From Camelus dromedarius (taxonomy: Eukaryota), in contig NC_087436.1 in the NCBI RefSeq assembly GCF_036321535.1, positions 79,734,001 to 79,798,000 on the forward strand: a stretch of 64,000 nucleotides of DNA. Reading direction: 5' to 3'. Below, one piece after another: positions 1 through 13,279 of this stretch (positions within the stretch are counted from its first letter, which is position 1; each line of letters opens with the position of its first letter). The position numbers were made by a program, and so were the translations under genes. The notes below the pieces were generated by a model that worked only from the letters and a program-made list of their open reading frames with translations, was not told the origin of the DNA and ran no database searches.

Positions 1-1603
1 GAGTAGCTTCTAAGATGCCTCTGAGGAGCTTGACTTCTTCCAGGTCCCACCTGGGTCCAAGGCTGCAGGAGATAATGGTAGCATTTTGATTGGACCAGAG
101 CTTCTACTCTGCAGAGTTACAGGAGCTGAAACCTGTCACCAGCTTGACACTTCAGTTACCCCTGACTGACTCAATAGGACTAGGATGGGGAAGAAGAAAG
201 GGAGGAAAATAAGAATGGTGCTGCACTGAGGAAGGCAGTCTTATAAACTGAATTATAGATTTTGAGAGGTAGGATAATGTCAAGAAGTGTGAAGCGTCTG
301 AGATTTTGTCCTGCATACATGCTAACGTGTTAGCCTGCCGTAGTTTCATGGATGTTGGGAGAAGACGTGAGACTACCGGAACAGAGACAACAGACCTTAT
401 CACTCACAGCAAGCAAGCAGCATGGACTTCATGTTCCTGTTTATTCCCCTTGACCGCGCCCCACCTCCAAAAGTCCCCTGGGGGCATTTGGAGGGATGCA
501 GATACATGCTGCTTACACAATGGCTTTGTGTCACTGCCTAAGAACCCCGTGCTTAGAAAAGTCACAGTTTTTACAACAGGCTGCAAGTAAACTGTCCAAC
601 CTTTGCCCTGTAGTATTTTTATTAAACAGTTAGTACATCTGTCCTTTGCTTGCATAGAGATAATATCTCTATCTTTCAAGGCTGTTCACTATATAAGCAT
701 CCTTTAAAAGGTAACCCGGAACCAAAGCCTGGTTAGTGCTTCTGCTCATAAGATGTGCGGAAAAAATTCTCTCCCAACAAATAAAACCATGAGTACTTGG
801 CTGTGTACAGTAAAAGGCAGATGCTACCCTTGAAAAGAGAAAATACTGGCCAGTCAAGGACTAAACAGAAGATTTGGCCAGTCAAGGACTAAGATTCAAC
901 TGGTAGTTGAATCTTAAGTTCATGCAGCCTAATAACATCCCAGAAGACTATGACCCCCACCTAACCAGCAACATTTTCATGGGAGCCAATGGAAAAAGGC
1001 AGTAAGGTCCTGGACACTAAGGCTCATACCTCAATGTAATCACCTCTTCTGTCCATTTTGAAAATCTAGTAGAAAAATTTGCCTCATGGCTGTATCAATT
1101 TATTTCTCATCAAAAAAAAAACTTTTCTATTTTTTAAATCCTAGACTGTTACACTTACAGATTAAAAAAAACTAGGAGCAATAACATGTTGTCTATATTA
1201 GCAGTTATGATAAAAACACTTTCTTCCTAAGCCTCCTTATAGTTTAAGGATGGAGCAAATGTAGGCAGAATATTATAACAGATCAAAAGTTAACCCTAAG
1301 AGGCACTGAGGCCTCTTCACCACCTTTGAAATGTTCATGCTTTTTCATTCATTCATGTACTTATTGTTTTTATACTCTATTTCAAAAAAGTATTCAAATA
1401 CAATGACAGGAAATGGAAAAATGTCCATTAAAATAAGGAAAAGAGAACACATAGTTTTCTAAGAAATTAAATTTTAGATAACTGCTACCATTGGTTGACC
1501 AGTAATTGTGTACTGCACTGGTCACTGCACCATTATTTATGGCAGCAAAAAAATGGTAAAGAAACTAAAAAGAAAATATCCCCAAATAAGGAATAGGTTA
1601 AAT

Positions 1604-1803
1604 AGGGGTTTCTCAACATTGGCACTGTTGACATTTTGGGCTGGGTAATTCCTCTTACGGGACTGTCCTGTGCATTGTAAGATGCTTAACAATATCCCTG
1701 GCCTCTACCCTCTGGATCCCAGTAGCATTGACCCCATTTGTGACAGTCTAGACATTGTCAGATGTCTCCTGGGGGGCAAAATTGTCCCTGTTGAGAAATA
1801 CTG
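1604..1803 (-). mobile_element. MER20 (hAT-Charlie DNA transposon) with intact 8-bp TSD
   Basis: Reverse complement of MER20 (ggcactgttgacattttgggctgggtaattc...ggggggcaaaattgtccctgttgagaaatactg). TSD ggttaaat at 1596-1603 and 1804-1811. Confidence 0.92.
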
Positions 1804-1824
1804 GGTTAAATAAGTATACAAGTT

Positions 1825-2262
1825 GTACTAAATTTCTAGAGTTGACATCACAAATCATCACAAAACAAGCATCTTTAAACAACAGAAATTTATTCTCTTG
1901 CAGTTTTGGAGGCTGGACATCTGAAATCCAAGTGCTGGGGAAATCAATTCTTTTTGGAGGTTTTGAGGGAGAATCTGTTGCATGTCTCTATCCAAGCTTC
2001 TGGTAGTCCTTGGAGTTCCCTGGTTTGCAGATCTGTCCCTATAATCTCTGCATCCGTCTTCATGTGGCATTCTCCCCTACATGACTGTGTCTCAATTTTC
2101 ATCATTTTCTAATGATACCCATCATGGATTAGGGACCATTCTAATCTATTACTACATCTTAATTACATCTGCAAAGACCCTATTTCCAAATAAGATCACA
2201 TTTACAGGTAGCAGAGGTTAGACTTAAACATACTGTTTTGAGGGACACAACTCAATGTATAC
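1825..2262 (-). mobile_element. MLT1 (MLT1B/C-like) ERVL-MaLR solo LTR
   Basis: aaacaacagaaatttattctc...ggaggctg and ttacatctgcaaagaccctatttccaaataagatcacatt match the MLT1C reverse complement. Confidence 0.88.
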
Positions 2263-3509
2263 CTGACTTTTTAAAGTGACTCTTAAGGTCTTTTGGTGTT
2301 TTTGATGCCACAGAAGAATCATTCAATTATTGCTAATCATTTTCATTTAGAAGTAGAGCCAGCACATGTAGGTAGAGCATTTCTCAACTTTCCTTGGAAA
2401 AAATCTGCGAAGTCACCATAAGCTTGAATGCAGATTCTTCAGACTGAGTTGTAAAATGTCTTGGCTCTATAAATTGGGGGGATCTTTAGTTGATAGTGAG
2501 TTTTGAAATTAATAGAAATATTTTTTACTCTAATGTAAGTTTCATTTGGTTGGTTCTTCAAAACTTTTGCAGTTCTTGAGAGATGAGGTATGAATGCTTT
2601 TTCTAAACATTTGTTATCGAGACATAGTGAGACCAGATCAAGCCAGGAGGGGCTTGTATTTTGACTTCTTCTGGAGAAAAATGTGAAATGGTTGGCCTGA
2701 TTTTGGCACAGTGCTCCCTATACACATACTCCTGACTTTGGGAAATATATGGTCAACTCTCGTGATTACCTTGCTTGGGCTCTGAGTAAAGATAGGAGTT
2801 TTCTCTGAAAAACACGGGTTTTAATCATTCTGGGAGAAAAGACTAAGGTTTCCTGGATTCGGGGAGGGAAGATATTACTCTTTCTCTGAAGTTAAATGAA
2901 GAGATGGGGCCAGGACTCTGGGGATGAAGATGCTTAGAAATTTCTGTTGGTAGCCTCTTCAACGTCATCACTAGAGCCTCCCCCTCCTCCCTGTGGAGAA
3001 TCCTGGAAGAACCCATCTGATAGAAAATCATTCTGTATTGATCCAAGTTAACCATAAGCTTTCATTAAAACTCTGTATAATGTTACAACCTAATTTTAGC
3101 TAGACTTCAGGGACTTAAAGTGGGGGGCCATTTTCACTGTGGGTGCAGAGGAATAAAGCAACGTATCTTCTCTACCCAGCCTCGATCCTCTCCTCTAAGC
3201 TGAGTTCACGGCGGCTATGCTGCTTGAAGGCGTGATAGGGCCCAAGTGTCTTTGAGTGAGTGTCTGTGCTGGAACAGAGAGTAGTGGTTAGAAGCCAGCT
3301 AAAAGTACGGTCAGAGTCTATGACAACAGATAGGACATTTTTCAGGAACAGGTTGGCATTTTGGGGAATTCTCAGGTGTACTGAGTAAGAAAATCTGAGT
3401 ATTCTTCATGGCACATTGGGGAATTGAATGATATTATTTGAACATTGAAGAAAGAATGACCTCTGAAAGCTGGGGAGCATGGAAACACATGGATTACATA
3501 CATCACGAT

Positions 3510-3780
3510 GTGCCCATATGATGAAATATCATAAAATGACTTGAATCATATTACTGAAAACAGTTGATAACATAAAACATACTTTTTGGATATAATGTGA
3601 ACTAAGGAAAGGCCATAAACTATATATAATTCGTTTTCAGTTTTGTTTACTAAAACACTATAAACAACTGTACAATGTTGACACTGGTTATTCAGGAGTT
3701 CATGGAGGAATTATAAGTGATTTCCCCTTCATTTAAATTTTCTGTGGTTTTAACATCTCAGTGAACACATGTGAATTTAA
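3510..3780 (+). mobile_element. Degraded ancient L1 (L1MC/ME-like) 3' fragment
   Basis: atatgatgaaatatc...ttgacactggttatt...attataagtgattt resembles an old L1 3' UTR; highly diverged. Confidence 0.45.
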
Positions 3781-4644
3781 GAATCAGCAGAGAGACTATG
3801 CATTTGTGGCAAACAAAGTTTAGTTCTGCTGGTCACAGCAGAGGGGAAAACACAGTGAGTAACAGCATTTGTTCTTAGTACTCAAGCTAATGTTTCTGGT
3901 GGTGATTACCAGTCCTGAGGAGGCAGGCCTTCTCTCACCTGCCAGACACATGGGGAGGCCTTCTACCTCCAGGCCCCTGAGGTTGCCATGTGTCTCACCC
4001 TAACTCTGATGTGAGCACTCCCAGGCCTTCACACTTGGCTTCCACCTCCTCCTTCCCCTAAGGGAAAGTTCGCTTCCTTTGTAGGCCAAGTAGCCACCCA
4101 GAAGCTGTAATGGCAGGCCTTACTACCAGCGAAATCCCACATGACAAATTCGTCCTTTGTGCTGATACAATTGACTTGTCACCTCATTTTTACAGCTAAT
4201 TAGCTCTTTAGTAAGCGATGGCTAGTGTCAGAGGTCATCTGATATCTGATTCTGGTAAATTGACCGTAAATATTACTGTGCATCTGTATTTGCTGTTCAA
4301 AACACTGCTTAGTGACCAGATTTTAAACTCTTTTTGTAGGAGACCCTGCTTATTTTTGTTGGCAAGATAAAGTTTCCAGATAATGCTCGTGAAACTTATC
4401 ATCCCTGAAGTTATCTGGGGTTGCTGCTCAATTAGCCTTTTCAATCGGTCATGCCACCCACAGGGCCGGGGTGGGGGGCTGGGGGAAGCAGCCGCACAGT
4501 TCCCAACTTTTCCCAGAGTTTCTTTTGTTTCCTCGTCTAAATTAGAAAGTCACTAGAGATACCCTTGTTCTCACTCTGTCCATCACTATTAAAACTTCAG
4601 GAACGTTTTGTTATTTTATAACAATAACACCAGTAAGGCTAAGA

Positions 4645-4885
4645 GCAGCTTATAATTACTGAGTGGGTCACTATTCGCCAGGCGCTGCACTAAAAGGTTC
4701 ACGTGTGTTAAATCCCTGCATTCTCACAACCCTGTTTGGACATATATTTAATCCCTAAATAATGGACAAGGAAACAGAGGCTTGGAAAGGTAAACTTGTT
4801 GCCCAATATCATACAGATAAATAGAAAATTGAGGTTTTGCTCTGGTCTGCCTGATGCCTAAGTCAGATCGTTCAACCCCTAAGCT
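4645..4885 (-). mobile_element. MIR SINE
   Basis: ggaaacagaggcttggaaaggtaaacttgttgcccaatatcatacag is the reversed MIR core. Confidence 0.8.
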
Positions 4886-5959
4886 GTACAAACTTATGAA
4901 TCTAGTTATTAATGTGACTAGATAGTTGCAATACTAATTCTGCATGGGGGTGAATAATCATTTGCTATTGGCTGTTTAGAGATCAGTATTATTCAGAGAA
5001 TACAGAACAGAGCAACAAGAACAGATTAGAGATGGACCGAAGGTCTTGGTTTTGAAGGAAGCCGGAGGTTATCTGGAATGAGGCTGGCAATCAGAGTTGA
5101 ACTGAGACTAGTCTCTGGAGCAGTGTTTCTTGATTCCACTTGGAAGCTCAGGGGCAGCACCTATGAACAAGGCAAAAGGTACGGCCGTCAGATGAGACAG
5201 ATGACGAGAACCATCATTTTACATCAGTGAGAGTGGAGAGGGGCCAGATGCTGGCTGTGTTCCTAAAAAGGATGGTGAACACATTCTGCATAGCCAAGAC
5301 TTTGCTGTTTCTAAACCCAAAATGTAATTTCAGAGACTTCCCCCTGCCCCCCTCGCTTCTACATCCCCACCTCTTTCCTGGGAGAGAGTGGGTGATAAGA
5401 AAGCCTTCTTGGAAGGCATATTAAATGGATTAGGCCATCGATCACTAATGAGGTGTCCAGGATGTAGTAACAAGTAGACAGAATCTAGGACCCTAGTTCT
5501 GCCCAGTTTGTGCAGAGATGGCAATAGGAATCAGAGAACACAGTGATGGCAATTTCCTTTATGCTGGCTTGATCAGACACATTAACAGCCTTCGATAATG
5601 GTCAAGATATAAAATGAGCAAGATTTTACTTCTTCCTTGGAGCAGACCAGAACTGGATGTACCTGACTGCTATGTAAATTCAGACTGTAGACTTAAAAAC
5701 CTGAGGGGTGAGGTATGCAGATGTGCGGCTGCAGCATCATCAATCAGCCAGCCCCTAAGTGTATTGAACGGCCTTGAGTAATAGAGTCAGCACTGTGTGT
5801 GATGCCAAATGATGACACAGTCCCTGACCTTATCTCAGGAGGCAAAGACGGAATAGAGCGGACAAATGAGAGAAGCAGATCCTGCGTCATAAAGTGCCTG
5901 TTGAAGAAGAGGGACTATGTAGGGAAAGGAGGTTTGGAAGGCAGCCTGGGTGAGGGGAA

Positions 5960-6140
5960 AGAGAATTTGACTGGGTATCAAGAGAATCTTATGCTCCATT
6001 CCTGGTTTTGCCACTAACTAGTTGTGTGACCTTGAGCAGGCAAATTTCTCTCTTTGGGTTCTTCTCAGCTTCTCATCTGTGAAATGAAGGGATCAGAGAT
6101 GGCAGTCTCTAAGGTCTCTCCAGAGCTAAAATTCTGATGT
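5960..6140 (+). mobile_element. MIR/MIR3 SINE
   Basis: ccactaactagttgtgtgaccttgagc...ctcatctgtgaaatgaagg...ctctaaggtc...aaattctgatg. Confidence 0.8.
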
Positions 6141-6439
6141 AAAGGAGGAATTTCTGTGGGTCTAATTCATTGGAGGAAATGTCCCAGAAATAGGGAGGAA
6201 GAAATGGCCAGGGATGGACATGGTGTGTGAGTGTGTGTGTGTTTGTGTGTGTGTGTTGGGGAGGGAGCAGTTGGAGGTGTGAGGCTTGTGAGGAACGGGA
6301 GGGGATGCAGGAGATGGATGGACTTAGAACTGTGCAGGGTAGCAATGGAGAGGTGAGTACACTCAGCTATGACAGCACAGGCCAGTCACTGCAAACCTCA
6401 CTTCCTTGATGTGAAGCAGCTGCACGATTAATGAAGCCA

Positions 6440-7222
6440 AAAGCAAGGCATCATTTTTGATTCCTCTCTTTCCCTTGCTAATCACATCTAAGTCCACATG
6501 AATATCTACTCAGATCAGTTGACTTCTCTCCCTCTCTGTCACCACCAACGTACTGCCAATACTTCTCTTTTGGAAGAAAGCAACAGGATTGTAACTGGTC
6601 TCTTTGAATCTATCTACTTTAGAGTTGGTCCCCTACAACATAGTCAGAGCATCTTTAAAAGTTATCCCCAGATCCCATCACTCCCCTTCCTCAAGCTGTC
6701 TAAGGACTTTGGATTGCACTTAGAATAAGCTCATTTCTCCCCATTGTCATTGCTTCTTCTACCGGGAACTACATGACCCAGCCCCAGCCTTCCTCATCAG
6801 CCTCCTGTCTCCACCTGTCACTTTCTTCCGGCCTCACTGGCCCTCTTGCTTATGTCAGGCATTCCTAGTACACGCTTGCCTCAGATTCTTTGTACTTGGT
6901 CTTCCTTCTGCCTGGAATATTCTTCCCCTGTATCTTCATGGTTGTCTTTTTTCTATTTTATTCAAGTTGATGCTCAAAGGTCACTTCTCTACGGGGCTTT
7001 CTTCCACCTGCTGTCAAAGGTGGGCTCCCCCTTCCTAACCCTGCTTTATCACTGTACCCAATTTCATTGATTTCACAGTGTCATAGTTGGCTTATGGCCT
7101 GTTTCCCCCACCAGAATGTAAGCCCCAAGAGAACAGGAGACTATTGTGCATTGTTCATCATTGTGTTTCTTGCTCCTGTAACAGGCATCCAATAAATGCT
7201 TGTTAAATGAATGAAAGAATGC
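6440..7222 (+). mobile_element. L2 LINE 3' portion
   Basis: L2 motifs ccttctgcctggaatattcttccc and ccagaatgtaagcccc; tail caataaatgcttgttaaatgaatgaaagaatg. Confidence 0.85.
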
Positions 7223-7249
7223 TTAAATAATACACAGGAATAACAGTGA

Positions 7250-7470
7250 AATGGTACTGTGGTTTCAGGCATCATAGATCAACTATCAGGCAAACCTGGG
7301 TTCAAATCCCAGTTCTAACACTTTCTCAGCAGCCATGTGACCTTGGGCAAGTTATATAACCTCTGTAAAGCTCAGGTGTAAAATGAGGAGGAACGTGGTG
7401 TCAACATCACTGGGTTGTGAGGTATATACTTCACGCAACAGTGTCATGAAAGCCCTGAGCTCAGTGCTGC
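7250..7470 (+). mobile_element. MIR SINE
   Basis: cctgggttcaaatcccagttct...tgtgaccttgggcaagttatataacctctg. Confidence 0.85.
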
Positions 7471-7587
7471 ATAGAACTACCTTCTTGTTTCTTTTTACAT
7501 TTTGCCATGGTCTTCACTTCTTTAGGCCATGAAAGAGTGGGTTTCCTCTGACTAGAGAAGGGAAATGGTAGATAATATATAGAGAGA

Positions 7588-7692
7588 TTTCCCTCCCTTC
7601 CTCTCTCTCCCTCTATTCCTTCCCCCTTCCCTCTTTCTCTCTCATTCTTTCTTCTTCTCCTTCTCTTCTTCTCGTCTTTCCATCTCTCTCAT
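7588..7692. repeat. CT-rich polypyrimidine low-complexity tract
   Basis: About 100 nt of almost pure C/T. Confidence 0.9.
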
Positions 7693-7996
7693 TTATTGAT
7701 ATTGATGCATATGCATTTATAGCCACAATCTAATATTATAAATTAGATAAATGTAAATGTGGTATAACTCCTTTTACTGTTGTTGTTGCTATTAAAACAA
7801 CTATGAAAAAGTGTATGGTAGAATAATATGCTGACTGTTAAATCTGCCCTTCAAATAAAATAATTTTAATATATTAATAATAATCATTTGCTAGTACTTT
7901 GGTTTATAAATTATATCCAGTAGCATGATTTAATATGATTTTATTTGACTTGATATAATTGTTATATTACACACAAGAAAGCAAAAAGCTCAAGGC

Positions 7997-8456
7997 AGAG
8001 GTGGAACTGTGTCCTCCCCGAAAGATATGTTTAAGCCCTAACCTCTGGTGTCCGTGAATGTGAACTTATCTGGAAATAGGGTCTTTGCAGATTAAGTGAA
8101 GGATCTGGAGAAGAGATCATCCTGGATTTAGGTTGGGCCCTAAATCCAATGATTGATGTCCTTGTAAGAGAAAGGGAGATTTGAGGCACAGAGACACACA
8201 GGGAAGGCCATGTGAAAGCAGAGACAGAGTTTGGAGTGATGCAATTACAAGTCAAAGAATGTCAAGGAGTGCCCACAGCCATCAGAAACTAGGAAAAGCA
8301 TGGAAAGGGTTTCCTCAGATCCTCTAGAAGGGACCAACCCTGTTGACACTTTGACTTTGCACTTTTGGCCTCCAGAATTATAGAGAACAAATTCCTGCTG
8401 TTTTGAGCCACCAAGCTTGTGATAATTTGTTACAGCAGCCCTGAGAGACGAATACA
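7997..8456 (+). mobile_element. MLT1C/D-like ERVL-MaLR solo LTR, near full length
   Basis: tgtgtcctccccgaaagatatg...ggaaatagggtctttgcagat...gagatcatcctggatttagg...tttgttacagcagccctgagagacgaataca. Confidence 0.92.
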
Positions 8457-8649
8457 TTCATTGAATTCACAAAGCTGCAATACCGAGAATAGAGACCGTC
8501 CATAAAGCCAGCTGGCAAATATACGTAAGACTTTAAGACTAAGATTTATATAGATTCTTCCAGGCTGGAGGCTGCTCTTACTCTGATCCTAACAAGTTAC
8601 AGCAAACCGAATCTGCCATGCAAACGCACTTTGAATTTGTGCTCTTGCA

Positions 8650-9125
8650 TCTCTACAGCTGTCACCCTGGTCCACTCAATGATCTCTTTTACATGCACTC
8701 TGAAATGACCTTCTAACTGGCACTCCTGCTTCCACTCGTGCCTCCTATCGGTCCACTCTTCATGCAGCAGCAAGAATGGATTGATTGTCTTGAACCCTCA
8801 ATGGATCATTTTATTCTAAGGGCAATGAGAAGTCAGGGCCTCATGCCTTCAATAGCTTCCCATTGAAATGATAATAAAATACCCTCTTCTAACCACGACC
8901 TCCAAGGCTCTTCATGACCTGGTGTGTGCTTTCTCTCCAAACCCATCTGCAGCAGATGGCTTGCTTACTCTGCTCCAGCCTTTCCCACAGATTGTACAAC
9001 CACAGGAGGGAAGAAACCGTATCAGTCTTCTTCATCTTTGTATTTTCAGTACCCGGTGAAGTGCCTGGCACTTAGTAGATACTCAGAAGATGTTTGCTGA
9101 TTTGGTAGATGAATAAACAGATGGC
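8650..9125 (+). mobile_element. L2 LINE 3' fragment
   Basis: ttctaactggcactcctgcttccac...gtgcctggcacttagtagatactcagaagatgtttgctga. Confidence 0.78.
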
Positions 9126-9414
9126 TTAAGGAAGGTCTCCACTCCTTTGTGAGTCTCTTTTTGATAAGGCCCTGGAGTCTTTTTGATGGGAGTGTATTTG
9201 TTTTAGCTGATGCTTTTGCTAGGATACTTGTCCTATCTGTAGATTGTCAGTGTAGTAGTTCTTGCACTTGAATAGCCAACCTAGGAATCAAGCCAATTGG
9301 AATGGTAAAAAGGATATTGCTCATTAAAAATGAGAACTGATAAATCTTCCCATTTCTCCAAAAGCTGTCTCTTTTCATTTTCCAGCTGTCTTGTCCATGG
9401 CTTATGAATTGGTT

Positions 9415-9910
9415 CTTTTCTGTTTGCCGGGACTCCACCCCTCTGCCCCCAACCCCACTCCTCCTGTTTTGCTTTGCTCACTTCTCCTGGGGGCTGATCG
9501 TCATAGACAGATTGCCCTGGCTTCCTAGTCAGCTAGCCAGTGGGAGGTACTGGTAGGAGACTGGAAAGGCTGGAAGAGAGTGAGGTCAGGACATTTCCTC
9601 TCTGTTCCATCCATGCTCTGGGCATATTCTCTCACAATGGCGACATCCCTCTAGGACTACAGCTCCTGTCAGGTTGCTCCTCCTCCCTGTTTCTGGCACT
9701 CACTGGGCTCTGGGAACACTATTCTTCTTCTTGCCCTTTCTGGAACAAATTCTAGGTGGCAACCGTTTTCTGCTGTTTGTGGTTTCTGGGCACCTCACCA
9801 TTCATTGCTGATTCTCTTAACTCTATCCAAACCTTTATAAACAGTTCTTCATTAAAGCCTCTTGAGCCATCTGTATTGGATTCCTTTTTCTGCTGGAACC
9901 TAGACTTCAC
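9415..9910 (+). mobile_element. LTR33-like ERVL solo LTR
   Basis: gggaggtactggtaggagactggaaaggctggaagagagtgaggtcagg and 3' aacctttataaacagttcttcattaaa...ctgctggaacc resemble LTR33. Confidence 0.7.
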
Positions 9911-10175
9911 ACTCTATTAACCACTAGGGCAGGAAAGTAAGGATCTAGGGTTGGACAACATGTGCTTGTTGTTGACTCATGCCCAGTTAGCAGCTCTCAT
10001 TTTGTCCTGATTGGTTGAAGTTTATTTTCACTTCTTTTTCACCTTCAGGCTTAGGTAAGAGGAAATGCTCTTTGCCTGCCACATAGGCCAGTATGAAGTT
10101 AAATTAATTGAATAACCATAACTTCCTTGTCCTAGAAAAAGCCCAGAATCAGTTTCACAGGTTGCCTTCATGTTC

Positions 10176-10503
10176 TGTGGCAGAAGCTGCTAATGTTCCC
10201 CCAGTATCCACGTGTTCCAGCTAGGTACGGGCCGTGTGATTGGATCCTGGCCCATAGGAGGTAGGTGCCATGGATGCAGGCCAGTTTCAGCGTAGCCTTT
10301 TCAGATATCACCTACCGTCTTCCCACTTACTCCCTTGGCCACAGTGACCTTGGAGGCCAGTGTACAGATGGTCCACCTGCAAGATGGAGGAGGGCTGCTT
10401 CAGACTTTGATTGACTGGCAAACACACCTTTATTGTGTTAGTCATTGAGATTTTGGGTTATATTTATTACCTTAGACCTGCCTAGCCTATTTTGACTAAT
10501 ACA
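10176..10503 (+). mobile_element. Old MLT1 (MLT1I/J-like) LTR
   Basis: Starts tgtggcagaagctgcta; ends tttattgtgttagtcattgagattttggg...gcctagcctattttgactaataca. Confidence 0.75.
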
Positions 10504-11306
10504 TGTATCATGCAGATTTATTCATTCCTAATATCTTGATACCTAATATCTTAATATCTTAAACTTTGGGGGGACTAAATCAGCAATAGAAAACACCTGA
10601 CGTATTACTACCTCTCCCTGACACCAGGGCCACAGTGAATTTTGCTGGTCAACCAGGGCACTCCTTCAAGGTGAGCCCAGGGTGTCTTCTGAATCATTCT
10701 CCATGTAAGATTCCAAACAGACTCTGCCAACCAATAGGCAAAACCTACTCTAGTTTCTGTTCTATGTGGTGAGCTTCTCTTTGTGCTCTATTCAACCACT
10801 CACTCTATTGTAATTTCGAAGTTTTTTGTTATTTCTTTTCATTATGGAAAATAAGTACTATTTTTACAGTTTTCATAGTCCACTTTCAATTCAAGTTGTA
10901 GGTAAAGTTTTGTGTGCTACCTTATTAATATTCACATATGGATCCCTCACCCTAGAATTAAATAGCAAACCATAAAGAAATTCCCTTTAGAAAAGTTGAC
11001 TTCAGTATCCCACTGAAAATATATATTTCAGTAAATATATTTGTATTTTAAGTCAGATTCCAGTCCCTGATCTAAATCTAGATTTGGAAACAGTTTTGTT
11101 TCTTCACTTATAGAGTTTCATGGTCCCAATATAAAAATAACTAAAAAGTAGAAGCACTGATTTTTGATTCACAAACTCCTCTGATATTATCTGGAGCTAC
11201 TGAACTCAAGTGAAAAGAAAGTGAATAAAAACTCAGACAGGACCTCAGTACAGAGTATACAAAGAGTGTACAAATACTCTTTACATCTAGTTTTGCCCTT
11301 GTACTT

Positions 11307-11861
11307 TGTCAGAAAGGAAGCAATTTTCCTCTACCTTCTTGTAAGTTAGTCTAAGAATAAATTAACATGAGACATATTAACAGGAGGAAATCAAACAAAA
11401 ACTTAATAACATGTATACGTGGAAGAGGCCTATAAAACTGAGTGGCTTGCCACAATATTCAAAGCCCTCACCGTAAATGCCATCTTTAGCTGAAGACAAG
11501 AGAGGATGTTGAGGTTAGTGGTTTGGGACTTCCAAGAGGAGGAAGGCAATTGAAGATATGGTGATGGAAAAGCAAATGTTTGGTAAGCAAATATTTGCTG
11601 GGCTATGCAGAGACAGTGGGACACAGAGAGGAAGCTTGGCAAACAGGCTTTGTTAGGTTCTTCCCTGTCTACTATTCCTAGTTCATACCATAGTTACCTA
11701 TGGTGATAGCTTCCTTCCTGGAAGGGTCCTCCATCTACAATCTTTAGGCAGTTGGGGGGAAGCGCAAAGGTTCTTCCCAAGTCTTTTGGCCTTCGATTTT
11801 AGCTCAAAATAATCTGCATGCCAAAGAGATATTTTGGGTTGGCAATTTTTGCTCCCTTACA
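11307..11861 (-). mobile_element. MER34-like ERV1 solo LTR
   Basis: Reverse complement starts tgtaagggagcaaaaattgccaacccaaaatatctctttggcatg. TG...CA ends; 4-bp flanks actt/gctt. Confidence 0.82.
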
Positions 11862-13279
11862 GCTTGATATAGGTTTAGTAGAAAATTTTAGTTCTTTCAT
11901 TATTTCTAGAACTATTTTGCACCAACTTGTCCCTAGAATACATTTTCAGAAAATAGATCCACTTCCCACCATAACAGGAAGGTTAAAGATTCTCCTATTT
12001 TTGGTATTCTTAGTTTCTTTTTTAGTATGTTTAAATATCTTTTAAAGTATTTTTGCTTCCTTTCTTAGTATTATAATAAAGGAGAAGTTGGCTAACATTC
12101 AAGTGGTCATGATTAGTAAGAGTCTTCAGAGCAGAAACTGACATAATTTCATGGAGTGCTTGAAGGACAGAGAGTGGATGTGACTCTGGGCTGTCTTCAC
12201 CAGCCAGTCTGTTTTTGGTTCACTTATTTGATGTTCACAAATGAAATAAAAAAAACTTGGACTGCTAATAATAAATTTGAAGTTTACTGTCCTAATCAGT
12301 TGCCCAACATGCTTGTATTATAGACAGAATTCAAAATTATCTTAGATAGTTACAGTTTCCCCAGGGTTTCAGAGTCTACTCATTCAATTCCCACAAAAAT
12401 GACAGCACATTCTGGTCATTTGAAATTCTAACCTTTGAAGGAATTTCTTATAAACATGGAATCTGTCTTGAAAGAACTGTTGATCCACACTGAGTATGTG
12501 TTTACCAATTAAGACTAGGCTATCTTGGGTGATCTTCAGACATCAAAAAACAAGATTGAAGAACTTACATTTGATTATCTTGTGACTCACATGTTCCTGT
12601 TCAAGCATTTCCTTTGTACTACTTTCTCTTGATCTTAAACCTGATTTGGAATCCTGCCCCATCTATAGATTCTGATCATCCTTGTCATCTGACATCACTG
12701 ATTGATTATTTTGCTTTCTGCAGTAATTTTCTCCCAGGTTTCTTCCCATTTGATATCTACACCCACACATGTTTATCTTCCCCTGCCATAGTCAAGTCTA
12801 TGCCTCTGGTTGCCTTCTTTTTGAGCTATTCCAATCTTCAAACAGAATGGACTTGGAAACCTAGATATTCTGTTTGAATAGAATAGATCACAGTGCATGA
12901 TCAAATCCAGAAAGTTAATAAGAATGTAAGTATAGAATCACATAATTCTAGGTCCTCAACAGCAAAAATGTGGGCTGCATGATCCTGAGCCTGAGGTCAC
13001 ATTTCATGATAGCTAGTTATTTCATCCTGGAATGACTCAGGATGAGCCATTAAAAGTAAAGATCCAATTGTGTAACCTTCCTAACTGGCTTCTCCATCCT
13101 TGATTTACGGTAGACATAGCTATTAAAAGCAATTTCTCCGTGTTCAGGGATTATCATTCTTTATTTAGGAACTCCACAGCCATTTGCACGTAGGGAAGAC
13201 TGGACTTACAGCAATGATTTCAGTTAACATCTGGGATGGACTCAACCATCATGTCCAGACAATAGTAACATTCTGGCAT

